Below, one piece after another: positions 27,852 through 40,650 of a stretch of 64,000 nucleotides of DNA; position 1 is the stretch's first letter, and every line of letters starts with the position of its first letter. Location of the stretch: NCBI RefSeq assembly GCF_001194135.2, contig NC_068995.1, forward strand, positions 54,770,812 to 54,834,811. Reading direction: 5' to 3'. The notes below the pieces were generated by a model. It was not told where the DNA came from and ran no database searches. It saw nothing but the letters and a program-made list of their open reading frames with translations. Both the position numbers and the translations under genes were made by a program. The DNA is from Octopus bimaculoides. Lineage: Eukaryota.

Positions 27852-30157
27852 ACAGTAATATATGAATCAAAGTAAGTGTACTTCAATATAAGAAGCCATG
27901 TCGTACATGCTGGAAGTTACATGGTAATTATGAAGTCCAGCTGAGAGTGAAGATATCATCAAAGAAGTTTGTGTCTCGGAAAGAAGAAACATAACAACTT
28001 CAGAATATTTAACAAGAATGTACGACGTAAAATGTAGTAACAAAACTAATAACGCAGCGAAACAAAATCTTTCAGAGGGAACTGAAAACAATCAGTAAAA
28101 ATGTACAACAAAATGCAGAAATTCACAGAAAATTGACAAGAAAATATTAATAAAAAATTATCTTCTCTATCCAAAAGAAATCAGCGAAGGTATATATTTT
28201 CCATATACTAATGAAACCAGCAGTTTAACAACGGAAGATAAAGAAATAAGCATCATTGCATAGTATTTGAATTCGGTGTTCTCCTAATGAGTATGTCATG
28301 GTAAATGTTTGGCCTCGAGTCGTATGGCCAGATTGAATGAAGACTTAATGATGAATGCGCAATATTACAACAGAAAGATGCAAATATACATATACAAACA
28401 TACACACACATATATATATACACATACATATATATACATATATGATTATATAGAGATAGATAGGTAGAGAGATAGATAGATAGATAGATATATATACATT
28501 TATATACATAAAATATAGATGTAAACAGTTTTCTAGCAGTGTGGTGCAAGAGCATGAGAGTGTGAATGCAAAATATTTTTGCTTACTTGCAGATTTGTAC
28601 TTTTCTATTGAAACGCTATCGAAAAATAAAATTACGTCTCCGAATTTTCTATGATATTTTCGAAATTTATATACAGAAGCATTTCATACACATTCGTACT
28701 GTCGTTCTACACAATGCAAAAACAATTTTAATAAAAATGTACACACAACTGCATATACACCCTTGTAACTGTGGACACACAGAGTTTGATATAAATATAT
28801 GGATGCGCCTGTGCGTTCGTTTATATAATACAATACTACCGACGCAATTTAATCGGAAATCTGTTATTTAAATCAGCGTCCACATAGAAAAGAATTTAAG
28901 ACAGTAAAGAAAATGAACGCACGAATTAAGTAAATATCCAATAAGAAAGGTGAAAGCGAAACTCAACACTGATGGCAGGAATGAAACAAATACATATGCA
29001 CCGGCATCTTTTCATTGAAATATCGTTTTAAAATAAAATTACCAGCTTGGATTTTATAAGAATATTATAATTAGAGACAAACATGTATTATATTCGAAGA
29101 ATAAATACTTCACAGTATAGATTCTCTTACTTGCCGCTTACATATAAGTGAACACAGGATATTCTACTGTATTCATTTATTCTCTACGTTTAATTCCTTT
29201 TCGTAGATCGATGAAAATATATCCCGATATATCTACCATCTATCAAATCACTTCTCTTTCGAACAATATGGTCCTAATTAATATGATGTTTTGAAAAAGG
29301 AACGGAATGTAATGTATATCTACAGAAGGTATCGAAGTCATTTTAAGCAAGCACAAATTCAACGTTAAACGCGAAACAGAAAAAAGAATGCTTGCTGGTG
29401 AGCACTTAAATTTAGAATAAGGATAGACAGATAGGGTTGTACCGAACGTATCATGATTAACAATTGCATTATAAACATACTTATATTATTATTAGATGAT
29501 ATATAAAGGAAAACATTTACAGTAAGTTTTAATTAGTATTTCGGTATTATCCTTTTCATGAATTAACACTGGTGAAGCGAATCATGCTAATTCTTTTGCT
29601 AAATAATAAATATAAAATCGAAAATATATACAAACAAACATGTTAATCTACTTATTTTAAATAATAGATAACTTCTCAACGATTAGATATCTAGCAATGC
29701 TCTATTGTTTATATTCTCCTTCTAAATATATATTTTAAAAATCTGACTTCAACAGTGTCAGTTTATCTGATTTTAAATGTAAGCTTTTAGAAGTAACTCA
29801 ATTATATTCCTTTTTTATGAGGAAATATATAATTAAGTAGAAATTGTATTTGAGTGTTGATGATATATTATTATATCGAATTTCCCTCCTCGATACCGAA
29901 AACCATTGCTTACTATTAGAGGATGATATAAATGTGGAATCGTTTAGATAAGAAAACATCAATTTGTCTTCGGTCACAGTGCCTTCGGATTTCGCTGCTT
30001 AAAGTAAGCAGTTTCTAAATATATTTTAAATATAGCAACACTTCTCGATATGATATAACCTTACGGATTTACAACAAATTGTAGACTTCCGTAGCTTGCA
30101 TCACTTTCTAGCTGATACGCAATGTATTGTTTTGTCTTGTCATGGAATTTTAATACA

Positions 30158-30310
30158 AAATGCCTAGTGGTATGCCGTCCGGTTTTACGTTATGACTTCA
30201 AATTCTACCAAGGCCATTAATCATTTCACGGTCGATAACATAAGTACCAGTTGATGTAGTCGACTTAAACTCTTTCCCAAAATTGCTGGCCTTGCGCCAA
30301 AATTTGAAAC
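30158..30310 (+). mobile_element. SINE family C (CORE-like central domain), decayed
   Basis: CATTTCACGGTCGATAACATAAGTACCAGTTG..GTCGACTTAAACTCTTTCCCAAAATTGCTGGCCTTGCGCCAAAATTTGAAAC aligns with 59320-59462 and with the reverse complement of 33095-33150. Confidence 0.72.
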
Positions 30311-31504
30311 TAAAATGCTTCCCCATAATCTTTACCTTCCTCTTCATTTTATCTTTGCATGTTACATTATCAACGTAAATTAGCCATAGCGCACAATACA
30401 AATATTTCCACGTGAACATCGGGTGCTTCGGAGACAAATAATATTTTTTTGAGGAGACGAGTGACAAATATAATCTTCAATTACCGTATGATATTTCTTT
30501 TTTTCAGCTGCGTTTATAGTTTTATCAAGCATTTTCTAACTGGAAATTTTCTTAATAGGTTTACCGGTGTTTGGCAGTGATTAAGGCAAATACCTTCCGA
30601 GAAACCATTCCAGTGTTTTCAAATGAAATTAAATCCCGAAAATCACGCAATCTTTTCAAAAACCAAGTGTTGTGTATTCCTGGAGATCATATTTACCTGA
30701 CTTTGTTTGTGAAAACTTGGTTACATATTAGTTACAGATGACAGAGGTTTCTTGCAGACTACACAGAGTCCATGGGTCTTAGCTTGCTAAAACAGCAGAA
30801 ACATCGATATCCCAAGTATTCCGAAATATGAAATGGAAGATTTGCAGACAATATGAACTTACAGGCATTTCCGAACAATGCATAATAAATATGTCCGTAT
30901 TTTAGGAATGTTTCCTGTACTTACAAACTCTTGTGCTATGTTGCACATCTTGCGAATTCAATTTGAAATTTTTAATGCAGTTTTGACTAAATAGAAGACA
31001 CACAATTTAACGTAATATTGTTTCTTTTATATAGTGTATATTTTTATCCCTCCAGTCAATATGTTAATTATTGAAGACATTGCTAGTACCAGACATAGCG
31101 ATTCTGGCAATATTTCAATTCAATAACTTACATCTATTACTTACTAGAGAATTTCAATTGCTCATAACTCTAATTTTGTTTCACACATTTAGTGTTAAAT
31201 TTTAAAGCTTCGTAATCAATATAGTCAACATTCTCAACTGCAATTCAGAGATAAGTAATTTCCTCATGGCTGCTTATTCTACTTTGAATCGTTCTAGAGT
31301 TGCAACTCGTATCTTTCTTAGAGATATTTTAATCATTTAAATAGATTTCATAAAATTGAGAGAAAATGTATGAGTTCTGTCAGATATAATATTATTTAAT
31401 GTTTGGTAATTGAAGCAATTGTAAGCATTGTCAATTTCTGCGTGCGTGTGTGAGTTTGTGTGTGTGTGTGCGTGTGTGTGTATTATGTTTTGAGAGAGAG
31501 GGAG

Positions 31505-31532
31505 ATAGATGGATAGTTAGATAGATAAATCA

Positions 31533-31587
<55 letters not shown>

Positions 31588-31590
31588 GAT
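31505..31590. repeat. (GATA)n microsatellite
   Basis: Seen directly. Confidence 0.95.
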
Positions 31591-32484
31591 ATTTCAGAGG
31601 AGAATGAAAATATACACACTCATACTGCAGTTATCCATTCACACTCACAGACGCATTGCAATCACACTGCTGTTGTGTGACTGCGCATGTGAAGGAATGA
31701 TAAAGCAGACTGACTTACAGACATGTTGGTGTACATGTTTTTGTTTTTAAGTTTTTATCAGAAGATATATATCATTGAGAAAACAAATGAGTTTTACAAT
31801 CTACAAGCCATTTTTTGTTACAGTTTAAACATTGTATCTTTCGGTCAGAGATATATCATCAACGAATACATAATCTATGATGTGTTCTTTCTTAAAGTGA
31901 TTTAGATTATATTTCTGGAAGATTCAACTGCCAGTTGTGGAAGGTCGACAATTTATAATTCTGACTCGGAAAAAACAAATGGCTTTTGAAAAAAGAAGTA
32001 TCTTATATGCATTTACAGTTATGTACCTATCTATGACGTATTATGAAAACAAGCATTTAGATGGTGAGTGATAGATAAATAGTAAGTTTGTGCGATCCGT
32101 GGGGGTCTTTATGAAAGATCTTTATTTTGGAAATTTCAGGTCAAGCACCTGGATGTTCTTTCAATTGATATCATGATGCAATAACACACTTTGCATCTCT
32201 CTTCATCCCTAAAATTACAACTTAGCAGACTTGGAAAATTCTCACTTTTTTTCCATAAAAGTACAATATTAAAACAAAGCATCTCCCATAATATTTGCGA
32301 AACAGGCAAGCTGTACATCGTATTTTTCTTCAAAATACCAGTCTCTCACACTTTTTATTTTTCTGCCAACCATATTATACTCATTCAAATTTTACTGACG
32401 GAAATTACGTCGGTACCTATGCAACTTATGCAATTAAATTCCACACGCACACCTGGACACCACCCAGTCCCCCGCCAAATAAAT

Positions 32485-32600
32485 AGTAGCACATGGCTCA
32501 GTGGTTAGGGCATTGGGATCACAATAATGAGGTAGTGGGTTCTTGATCAAGACTCTTTATTTCATGTTGCTCCACTTCACTCAGTTTTCGAAATGTTAGT
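32485..32600 (+). mobile_element. tRNA-derived SINE (family A) head
   Basis: GCACATGGCTCAGTGGTTAGGGCATT (A-box TGGCTCAGTGG), followed by a segment matching 4950-4978 in reverse. Confidence 0.7.
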
Positions 32601-33094
32601 CGGACGAGAGATGGCAGAGCAAATGGTACGGTTAAGGAATGTAAAATTTTTGGGAGGGAAGTTAAAAGTTATTTCTGGAAGGTAGACTGGGTTTGAATTG
32701 GTCCAAGTGGAATCTACTTAGGTCAGCCCTTGCTAAAATGGGTGATATATAACTTCCGATATCTTAAAGTAGAGAGAGCCAATATAAACATCTGTGTTTA
32801 CTAAATTTTAATCATCAATACTACCGCTTTCATATGATAAACACTACAGGGGATTGTCGTTTATTCTATGTACGTGTGTTGAAATTGAAACCTTTGGTGA
32901 AATTATTGTTTCCTGCAAAATCAACAAGGTTTTCGTAAGCATTGCATTCAGGTAAAAATGAACAGCTCCGAAGAACCAGTCTCAACGCCGATACATATTT
33001 AAGGCAGCACAGCCCGTCCGTTACTCATTGCTGACAACCTACCTCAGAGGAGCTGAAACTACAGCTCCAGAGACATTAGAGCTCAGAGACTGAC

Positions 33095-33210
33095 GTCGAC
33101 CCCAGTGCTCAACTGGCACTAATTTTATCTACCCTGAAAGTTAAAGTCGAATTCGTTGCTATGTTGCGTTATGTCCACTGTGCTAACTAATCTTCCACCT
33201 CGGCGTTTTC
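33095..33210 (-). mobile_element. SINE family C (CORE-like) fragment
   Basis: GTCGACCCCAGTGCTCAACTGGCACTAATTTTATCTACCCTGAAAG is the reverse complement of the family C core (..GGGTCGATAAAATAAGTACCAGTTGAGCACTGGGGTCGA). Confidence 0.7.
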
Positions 33211-35573
33211 AGGCACATAATAATTATTAATAATTTTTAACACTGTAAAAAGCTTCAGTGTGAATAATATTTGTACAATGCTGTATCTACACTTACATTC
33301 AAGTCAGTATGCAAACAAAGGTACTCAATAAACTGGAATCAGGAACACTTGATACAAACGTAACGCCTGTACATGTATTTTTCGGTTAATTATTCTATCG
33401 TCAAAACTCGCCTTTGCAGGTCAGACATAATTGAATTCAAGACCCAATGGAACATTCTTCCCAATTCATCTATAATTACTAATGCAAATAGAAACACGCA
33501 CATACTCACACACACACACATAAGCACACGCATACACACACACACACACACATAAGCACACGTACACACATACATAAAACATACACACACACGCACAAGC
33601 ACACACATACACACAAATAAACAAAAACACAAACACATATAGCAATGCGTATCAATATGATTCTCAATCAGAAATACAATATTTTATATACAAAGACATT
33701 CAGGATACTTCATCATATCATTTTAGCAATACTGTATTATCAGTGTTTGGCTAAATTAAGCCCAAAAGAATTAATAATGTCTAGTTTTTATTAGCCAAAT
33801 ACTTTTATTAACGTTTAGAGAGTTTGGCGAAATTGATATACTAATGTATTCCTAATACTACATATTATGTTTCATTCACGAAATTTGCAAAGATTTATGG
33901 TATTGCTCAATGTAGTATACTAAATTTTATATGAAGCGTTATGTATAATATGTTTTAAGAATGGTTGTATATTAAATAAACGTGAATTTAATAAGAGTGC
34001 TTTTAACGAGAATTTCTTTGCAATTGAATTGAAATTAATTTACTCTAAATTTTGCGATTTTTTTATATCTGATATGATTTTCTGTTGTTATTTCAAAATA
34101 TATGCGTATTATTCATATCAGATGATTACGTAAGAGAGGAATGTTATGATTTCCGTCAGTATTTAAATATTTAAGTAGAGTTTAATACACATTTATGAAA
34201 TTCTCGAGTTTATCCCGTAGTCTTTTTATCTTACTAATTCGTCTACACCAGTGCATTGATCATACCCAAAGCATAAGCAACAACGACGTCACTCACACAC
34301 ACACACACATGCAAACACGCATGTACACATATATGTGTATGCCTCTATAATAATATACATCCTTATTTAAAGTTTAATTCTGTAAAATCAAATTTGGCTA
34401 AAATCTAAATAATAAGCGGAAAAAGATATGTAATGAAATAAAATGTCTTATTTAAAGTTTGCCTGTTCGACAAATAAATCTTATAAAGGATAATAAATCT
34501 CTTCAAATGAAAAATGAAAATAAAAATGTAGATATTTGAAACTCTAACTGTAAACGTGAATTATATCGGTTCATGTAAAAACTGGTTTAATTATATATAT
34601 ATATATATNNNNNNNNNNNNNNNNNNNNNNNNNNNNNNNNNNNNNNNNNNNNNNNNNNNNNNNNNNNNNNNNNNNNNNNNNNNNNNNNNNNNNNNNNNNN
34701 NNNNNNNNNNNNNNNNNNNNNNNNNNNNNNNNNNNNNNNNNNNNNNNNNNNNNNNNNNNNNNNNNNNNNNNNNNNNNNNNNNNNNNNNNNNNNNNNNNNN
34801 NNNNNNNNNNNNNNNNNNNNNNNNNNNNNNNNNNNNNNNNNNNNNNNTATATATATATATAAATTTGTTTCTAAATGACTCTATCGATTTAAATTTATTT
34901 AATTTTGATACTGAACCAGACACGCTACCAATAAAAATATTGCTCAAGTCATATCTACATTACTATAAATCTTGGTCTATGTGTGAATGTGTTTAATTCA
35001 TACATATATCTATATATATTTATATACATATATATAAAAATACATATATACATATATGTATACGTACGTACGTATGTACGTACATACATATACATTTGCA
35101 CATGCATATATACTTAAATGTAATGGGAATCGTCTGTATTAAGTAGCTCTTAAATAAAATGATTCTGTTTTACTAAACTATTAGATACGCAACGTTCAAC
35201 AATTTTTTGTAAATTGCATTTAAAAGAAAATTATATTCCTAGTTAAAGAACTATATAGATTCAATTATTGAAACACTCATGCAATGTCATTTTTTAAACG
35301 AAAATATAGTTATTTATGTATATATACTTAAAACGGAATAAGTACAGCTACACGCACACAAACACACAACCGCCAGTATCTATTTAATATTCTTTTCCTA
35401 GATCAAGAATTAACGTACAAATACACATTCACGTTCAAAAGCTCACATATACATATAAGTATATTATTATATATATGTGTGTACACTGAACACATGTATG
35501 TAAGAGCATATATAATATATATATATATGAGAGAGATAGACACATATAAACACAAACACACGCACACACACAC

Positions 35574-35646
<73 letters not shown>

Positions 35647-37343
35647 NNNNNNNNNNNNNNNNNNNNNNNNNNNNNNNNNNNNNNNTTTTTTTTTAATATA
35701 TGTTTGTGTATATGTGTGTGTGTGTGTGTGTGTCTGTGTGTGTGTGTGTCACGAATTTCTAATTGGAAAGTTAGATTGTAGTATGTCTTTCAGTTCTGTG
35801 CATTCTTATTTCAAATTCTCGCGGATCCCCGACCAATATTTTATTATATAGGCTAAAAAATATAATGCAGATATTCTTGATAGGTTTTAAAGCACACTGC
35901 TAATATTCAGTTTGATTCCTCTTAGCACAACTCTGATAGGTTACTGTAAAAACCTGTAATATTTTGTAAATTCAGGTATTCAACACGAATATCATGCTTA
36001 CGAACGACGAAAAAATCAATCATATGCCACATACTCTTGATTTGTGGCCTCCAAGTCTTTTCTTTTTTCTACCTTTCTTCTGAGGCATGGTGTTTTTCAA
36101 TTTAACTCCTGGTTTTAGTGAGGCTTGTCAGATCTAGCAACGGGGACACAGTATATGACAAGTTTGGCAACACAAGGATTATCATGGAGCAGACCTTTTT
36201 AATGGAACATAAATTGCAAATTTTTCATCTTCAGAGGACTGCACGGTTGTCGCGTAGATATTTATAGGGCTAACAAATGTATTGTTTGGTAAATGGCTTT
36301 CTCATTCAGTGGAACCCGAAATCATCATAGATGTTCTTCCAGCTAAAGCTGTGTAATTATTTACCGCAAACACTACAGGAAACTTGATATTGCATGCCTC
36401 TACTGTCGCACATTAATAGAATGTTTTGCTACTAGATTGTAGATTGTTCAGTAAAGTGACTCGTTTCAAAAAGTCACGTTGCAGATAAGGGCCTCACATT
36501 TATGGTATATTACAGCAGCTCTTTTCTGTAAGTGATGATTTTTTTTTATTTTTCGTAAATGATACATGATTTAATAAGACGAGAACATTCCAGCAAGTAA
36601 TATTCAAAGGCCTGAAGTTGCTCGCAGATGCAAGATGATAGGATGATGCAGGTTTAACTTATTCTGGCTAGTACCGAATGATACTCTTTCACTATACCTT
36701 TCAGAGTTACGCTTGCTATCAGGCCCTAAAGTATTATATTTCTTTGAATATTCTGCCTTTTTTAGCTGTGGCCTGCCATAATATCCGACATAAAGAGAAT
36801 TGCTAAATATCAAGCGCTACTGGTGGTTCAGGCATTTTGTTTTTTAATGAGAGAAGAACATCATGCAGTGTGCCGACGAAACTCTACGAACAACGTAATT
36901 TCTCTGCTCTGAATATACGTAACCTGCATCTTCGGATGTAAGTGTCATCGCAAGTATTAATTTGGCGTATTCCTTTTCTTACAAAGATGTTTAAACAAGG
37001 CCAAAGTGTCTCTCATTTACGGCAAGCTCTAATGTATTATTTCTCGACCACGTGCAAACAGACCACACTGTTATTGTTAGATGGCCATTTGAGACTACAG
37101 AATGACAGATTCGTTTTCTACTACAGGGTGTCAGACAAAACATCAATCAAGTTTAAGCTTGAAACGTCAGTGGGTAAACTGGCAACATACATCCTACACA
37201 CGTTCATAAATATGTACACATACATGCACACCCATACACCGATCTCACACATATACACACACATAACAACCACCCACCCACCCAGACACACAAACACATC
37301 ACATACGCACACACACATACACACACAGACACANNNNNNNNNN

Positions 37344-37412
<69 letters not shown>

Positions 37413-37793
37413 GTGGTTATGTATGGCTTTATGAAACGCACTCTAAGTATACATATATTATCTTCTGCGTTAATTTTCTGTCAGTGTTGAAATGCTTCTC
37501 GGATCTTACTCGTTTTAAATACGTTTTGGAGTTGACAATAATAGGAACTTCTACAGATTGATATGAATTGAAAAGAATGCAGTTCAGATGCCTTGTTATA
37601 TATGGAACGGACATATCCTGATTGCAATGGACAGGAGAACTTACAGTTAGACTTCAGTTGCTTTTCAGTTTAATTCCAGAGCATTGCTAAGAAAACTGAA
37701 ACTATTTTATTATGTTAGAAAGCTTTCCGAATTCGGATTTTATGCACCTTCCCGTTTGTCTTTGATGGTTTTCCACCTAGTTTTGGTATCATG

Positions 37794-37824
<31 letters not shown>

Positions 37825-37859
37825 CCCTTTGCTATGTAAGTATCCAGCTATCTATCTAT

Positions 37860-37962
37860 TCGAGTCCAGAGTAGAAAACACGAAGTTGCCACGCAGTAGG
37901 ACTGAACCCGGAACAATGTATTTGGTAAGCAAGCTACTTACCACACACCCACTGCAGCGCCT
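37860..37962 (-). mobile_element. tRNA-derived SINE (family B) head
   Basis: The reverse complement GGCGCTGCAGTGGGTGTGTGGTAAGTAGCTTGCTTACCAAATACATTGTTCCGGGTTCAGTCCTACTGCGTGGCAAC aligns with 16050-16210. Confidence 0.82.
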
Positions 37963-38027
37963 ATGTTGATATATATATATGTATATATGTGTGTGTGTGT
38001 GTATGTGTGTGTGTATGTGTGTGTGCG

Positions 38028-38064
<37 letters not shown>

Positions 38065-38073
38065 TATGTGTGC

Positions 38074-38106
<33 letters not shown>

Positions 38107-39509
38107 GAATAATTGTCCCATATATTACAGATAAAGTCCTCTATTTCCATAATATCGAGGTTCCTGTCTTTCTTTTGTTGTGTTACCATTACCATTACTA
38201 TATACGCACGCAGACACGCAGACACACATTCAGGCCAAGGACCTATAATCCACTAAGAGATGTTTTTATCCTCGTTCTCTGGTTTATACCAGTGTTCAAT
38301 GAAAACTAAATACTTTAGTTTTGCATTGATGTATATTAATATTTCATTCAAAGATATTCAAAAAAATATGTGAAATTGTTATCCCTACAGCCGTTTCCAT
38401 ATTGAAACTGGGTAGTTGAGTATTTCATCAGTGGAGAATTTCCAGAAAGGAGTTACATTCCAACGTGTTGGGCGACTCTTCACAAAGATGTGTGCCTTTT
38501 GGTAATGTTTCAATTTTTAAAAAATTCTTTATAAGTATATTTATATATGCTGATAAACAAATATGTACGACATTGCTGTGCGCTTGCATCTGTTATACAT
38601 ACTCGGTGTTGTTGTTGCAGTTAGGGAGAACTAGGTGTTATATATATATACATATATATACAGACAGCTAGACAGTTTGAAAACGATAGGGTGAGATAGA
38701 GTGAGACAGAGAGTGCGGCAATATCCATCATGTAATAGCGTGTGCGTTTGTTAAAATATGGAAACCAAGCAAAATATGACGTATCAAAAACTGCTAATCA
38801 TTTATATTTCAATATCCATATTTGTGTGCAATACGTGCAATCATTGCAACTATGTAAACAAAGGAAGACTTAAAAGTTACCAAATGCAATTGATATTTTT
38901 TTTAATATTAATAATATTACTAAAGCTACATTCAATATCAACCAAGGACGTTAACTTAGTTTAATAAATTATATTATAAAACATCATCTTTATATTCACA
39001 AGAAACATGCTTAATAGAAAGCAATTATAATGATCCTGTCACCTATATACGAAACTTTATGTACATCTTTACTATTTGATACTTTATATCAATATTGTAT
39101 CTACGAAGAATTCTTTAATGCTTATATTTACAGAAGCTAGTGAAAGAAAACGCGAAGTATCAACAGATTTAAATTTCAAGTAGTTTTGACATATAATTAA
39201 TTATTTATAATAATATTTTATCTGTTGGTAGATTTTGGATACCATAAACATGCGTGAATGCATTACGAATCAGTTACCGTCTTCTTAGATAAGATGAAGT
39301 ATTAATATTTTAATATTTATATATAATATAGTATTAAATATTTATATGATACCTATTAGGAATTATGCAATTAACTGTTGTAGAAGTATTAAGCATGAAA
39401 TGCTGACCGATAAAAAAACTAGTCGGTTTAATATATAATTCATTTATTTATGAAAATATAATATCTAATGCTAGTTTTTGAGAAATTTTCCCTTGCCCCA
39501 ATGTAAAAC

Positions 39510-39686
39510 AAATTCTTACATTCAGCTTTTACATTATTTACAATTAACAGATATTTGTCGTCATCTTGTCTGTTGTTACTACAACGTTTCGGCTGATTTA
39601 TTCTCCAGCCTTCATCAGGTGTTCGGGTAGAATTTTGAACACAAACCTGGGTTCTTACCCCTAAGTTATTTTTCTTTCTGCTGATA

Positions 39687-39750
<64 letters not shown>

Positions 39751-39758
39751 CATTATTA

Positions 39759-39799
<41 letters not shown>

Positions 39800-39858
39800 T
39801 ATTCAAAGAACTACCTGGAATTGAACTCGAAATCTTGGGGTTAGTTGAGGGCGTGCTA
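39510..39858 (-). mobile_element. Composite retroelement copy 1: tRNA-like head + (AAT)n + Penelope-type tail
   Basis: The minus strand reads CTAACCCCAAGATTTCGAGTTCAATTCCAGGTAG (B-box GTTCAATTC), then an (AAT)n array (39690-39800), then AAAAATAACTTAGGGGTAAGAACCCAGG..CACCTGATGAAGGCTG..CAGCCGAAACGTTG..ACAAGATGACGACAAATATC. Homologous to 39859-40100 and 63600-63830. Confidence 0.78.
39578..39624 (-). ncRNA. Putative minimal type-I hammerhead ribozyme (Penelope-type)
   Basis: RNA GAACAC-CUGAUGA-A-GGCUG-GAGAAUAAAU-CAGCC-GAAAC-GUU-GUAGU. It has the conserved CUGAUGA and GAAA cores, a perfect 5-bp stem II, a palindromic AACGUU helix III and a GUU cleavage triplet. Stem I is weak or bulged, and there is one extra A after A9. 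Confidence 0.6.
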
Positions 39859-40100
39859 CAAATCTCAAGATTCCGACATCAATTACAAGCAGTACCTTGA
39901 CTAAATAATAATAGTAATAACATCAGCAAAACAGAAAAAAAAACCTTAGGAATGAGAACCCAGAGTCGGGTTCAAAGTTGTACCCGGACACCTGATGAAC
40001 GCTGGAGAGTAAATCAGCCGAAACGTTGTAGTACCAACAAACAAGATGTGTGCACATATCCGTCCAATGTGAAAAATGAACAGAATTCCTTATCTCTAAA
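39859..40100 (+). mobile_element. Composite retroelement copy 2 (inverted relative to copy 1)
   Basis: CTCAAGATTCCGACATCAATTACAAGCAG (decayed head), short (AAT)n, then AAAACCTTAGGAATGAGAACCCAG..GGACACCTGATGAACGCTG..CAGCCGAAACGTTG..ACAAACAAGATG..ATATCCGTCCAATGT. Confidence 0.78.
39986..40035 (+). ncRNA. Putative minimal hammerhead ribozyme, stem II closing pair mutated
   Basis: GGACAC-CUGAUGA(39992-39998)-A-CGCUG-GAGAGUAAAU-CAGCC-GAAAC(40020-40024)-GUU-GUAGUACC. C40000 creates a C-C mismatch at the base of stem II. Confidence 0.5.
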
Positions 40101-40480
40101 ATATTTCTCTTTACAATAATTTTTAAACAAACATTCGCTTCTAAACTCGCATTCATAAAATATATGTTCGTTACTACTCGTATTATTATCGCAAGCTACG
40201 TACCTCTGTTTACACATAAAGATACATTTAATCGAAAAAGAAATGTGAATGTGTGTGGATGTTAAGAATACATAATCTAACTTACGTAAAAGAAAAAAAT
40301 GATATCACGAATAAGCTATAAGCTAGATAGAGTTTTATATGTCCTTCGGCTCTCTCTTGAGTTTTTCGTGTTCCTGATATAGGATAGATATTAGGGTCCA
40401 TTATAGGGTGACACTGCCTCCTTCTTCAGGGAAAAAAATTGTATTAAAAGAATTTACCATTTGAAATGATGGCTATATAT

Positions 40481-40650
40481 ATACGACGGGCTTCTTTCAT
40501 TTTCCGCTTACCAAATCCACTCACAAGGCTTTGGTCGGCCCGAGGATATAATATAAGAAACCTGCCCAAGTTTCCACGCAGTGGGTCTGAATGCGTATCC
40601 ATGTGGTTCGGAAGCATGTTTCATACCACACAGCCACGTCTGCGCTTATA
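40481..40650 (-). mobile_element. tRNA-derived SINE (family B), 5' portion
   Basis: ACGACGGGCTTCTTTCATTTTCCGCTTACCAAATCCACTCACAAGGCTTTGGTCGGCCCGAGG..CTGCCCAAG..CCACGCAGTGGG..ATACCACACAGCCAC aligns with 16050-16210. Confidence 0.85.

Noticed and set aside
30198-30467. Minus-strand ORF with a signal-peptide-like start (MFTWKYLYCALWLIYV..)
   Set aside because: Its 3' half is the antisense of a family C SINE (30158-30310), so the frame is likely fortuitous.
32485-32545. Possible tRNA gene (A-box TGGCTCAGTGG)
   Set aside because: No cloverleaf or intact B-box, and it continues into a SINE body, so it is a SINE head. The same applies to the other tRNA-like heads.
36604-36813. Minus-strand ORF NSLYVGYYGRPQLKKAEYSKKY..
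   Set aside because: Unrecognised, with a weak acceptor and donor.
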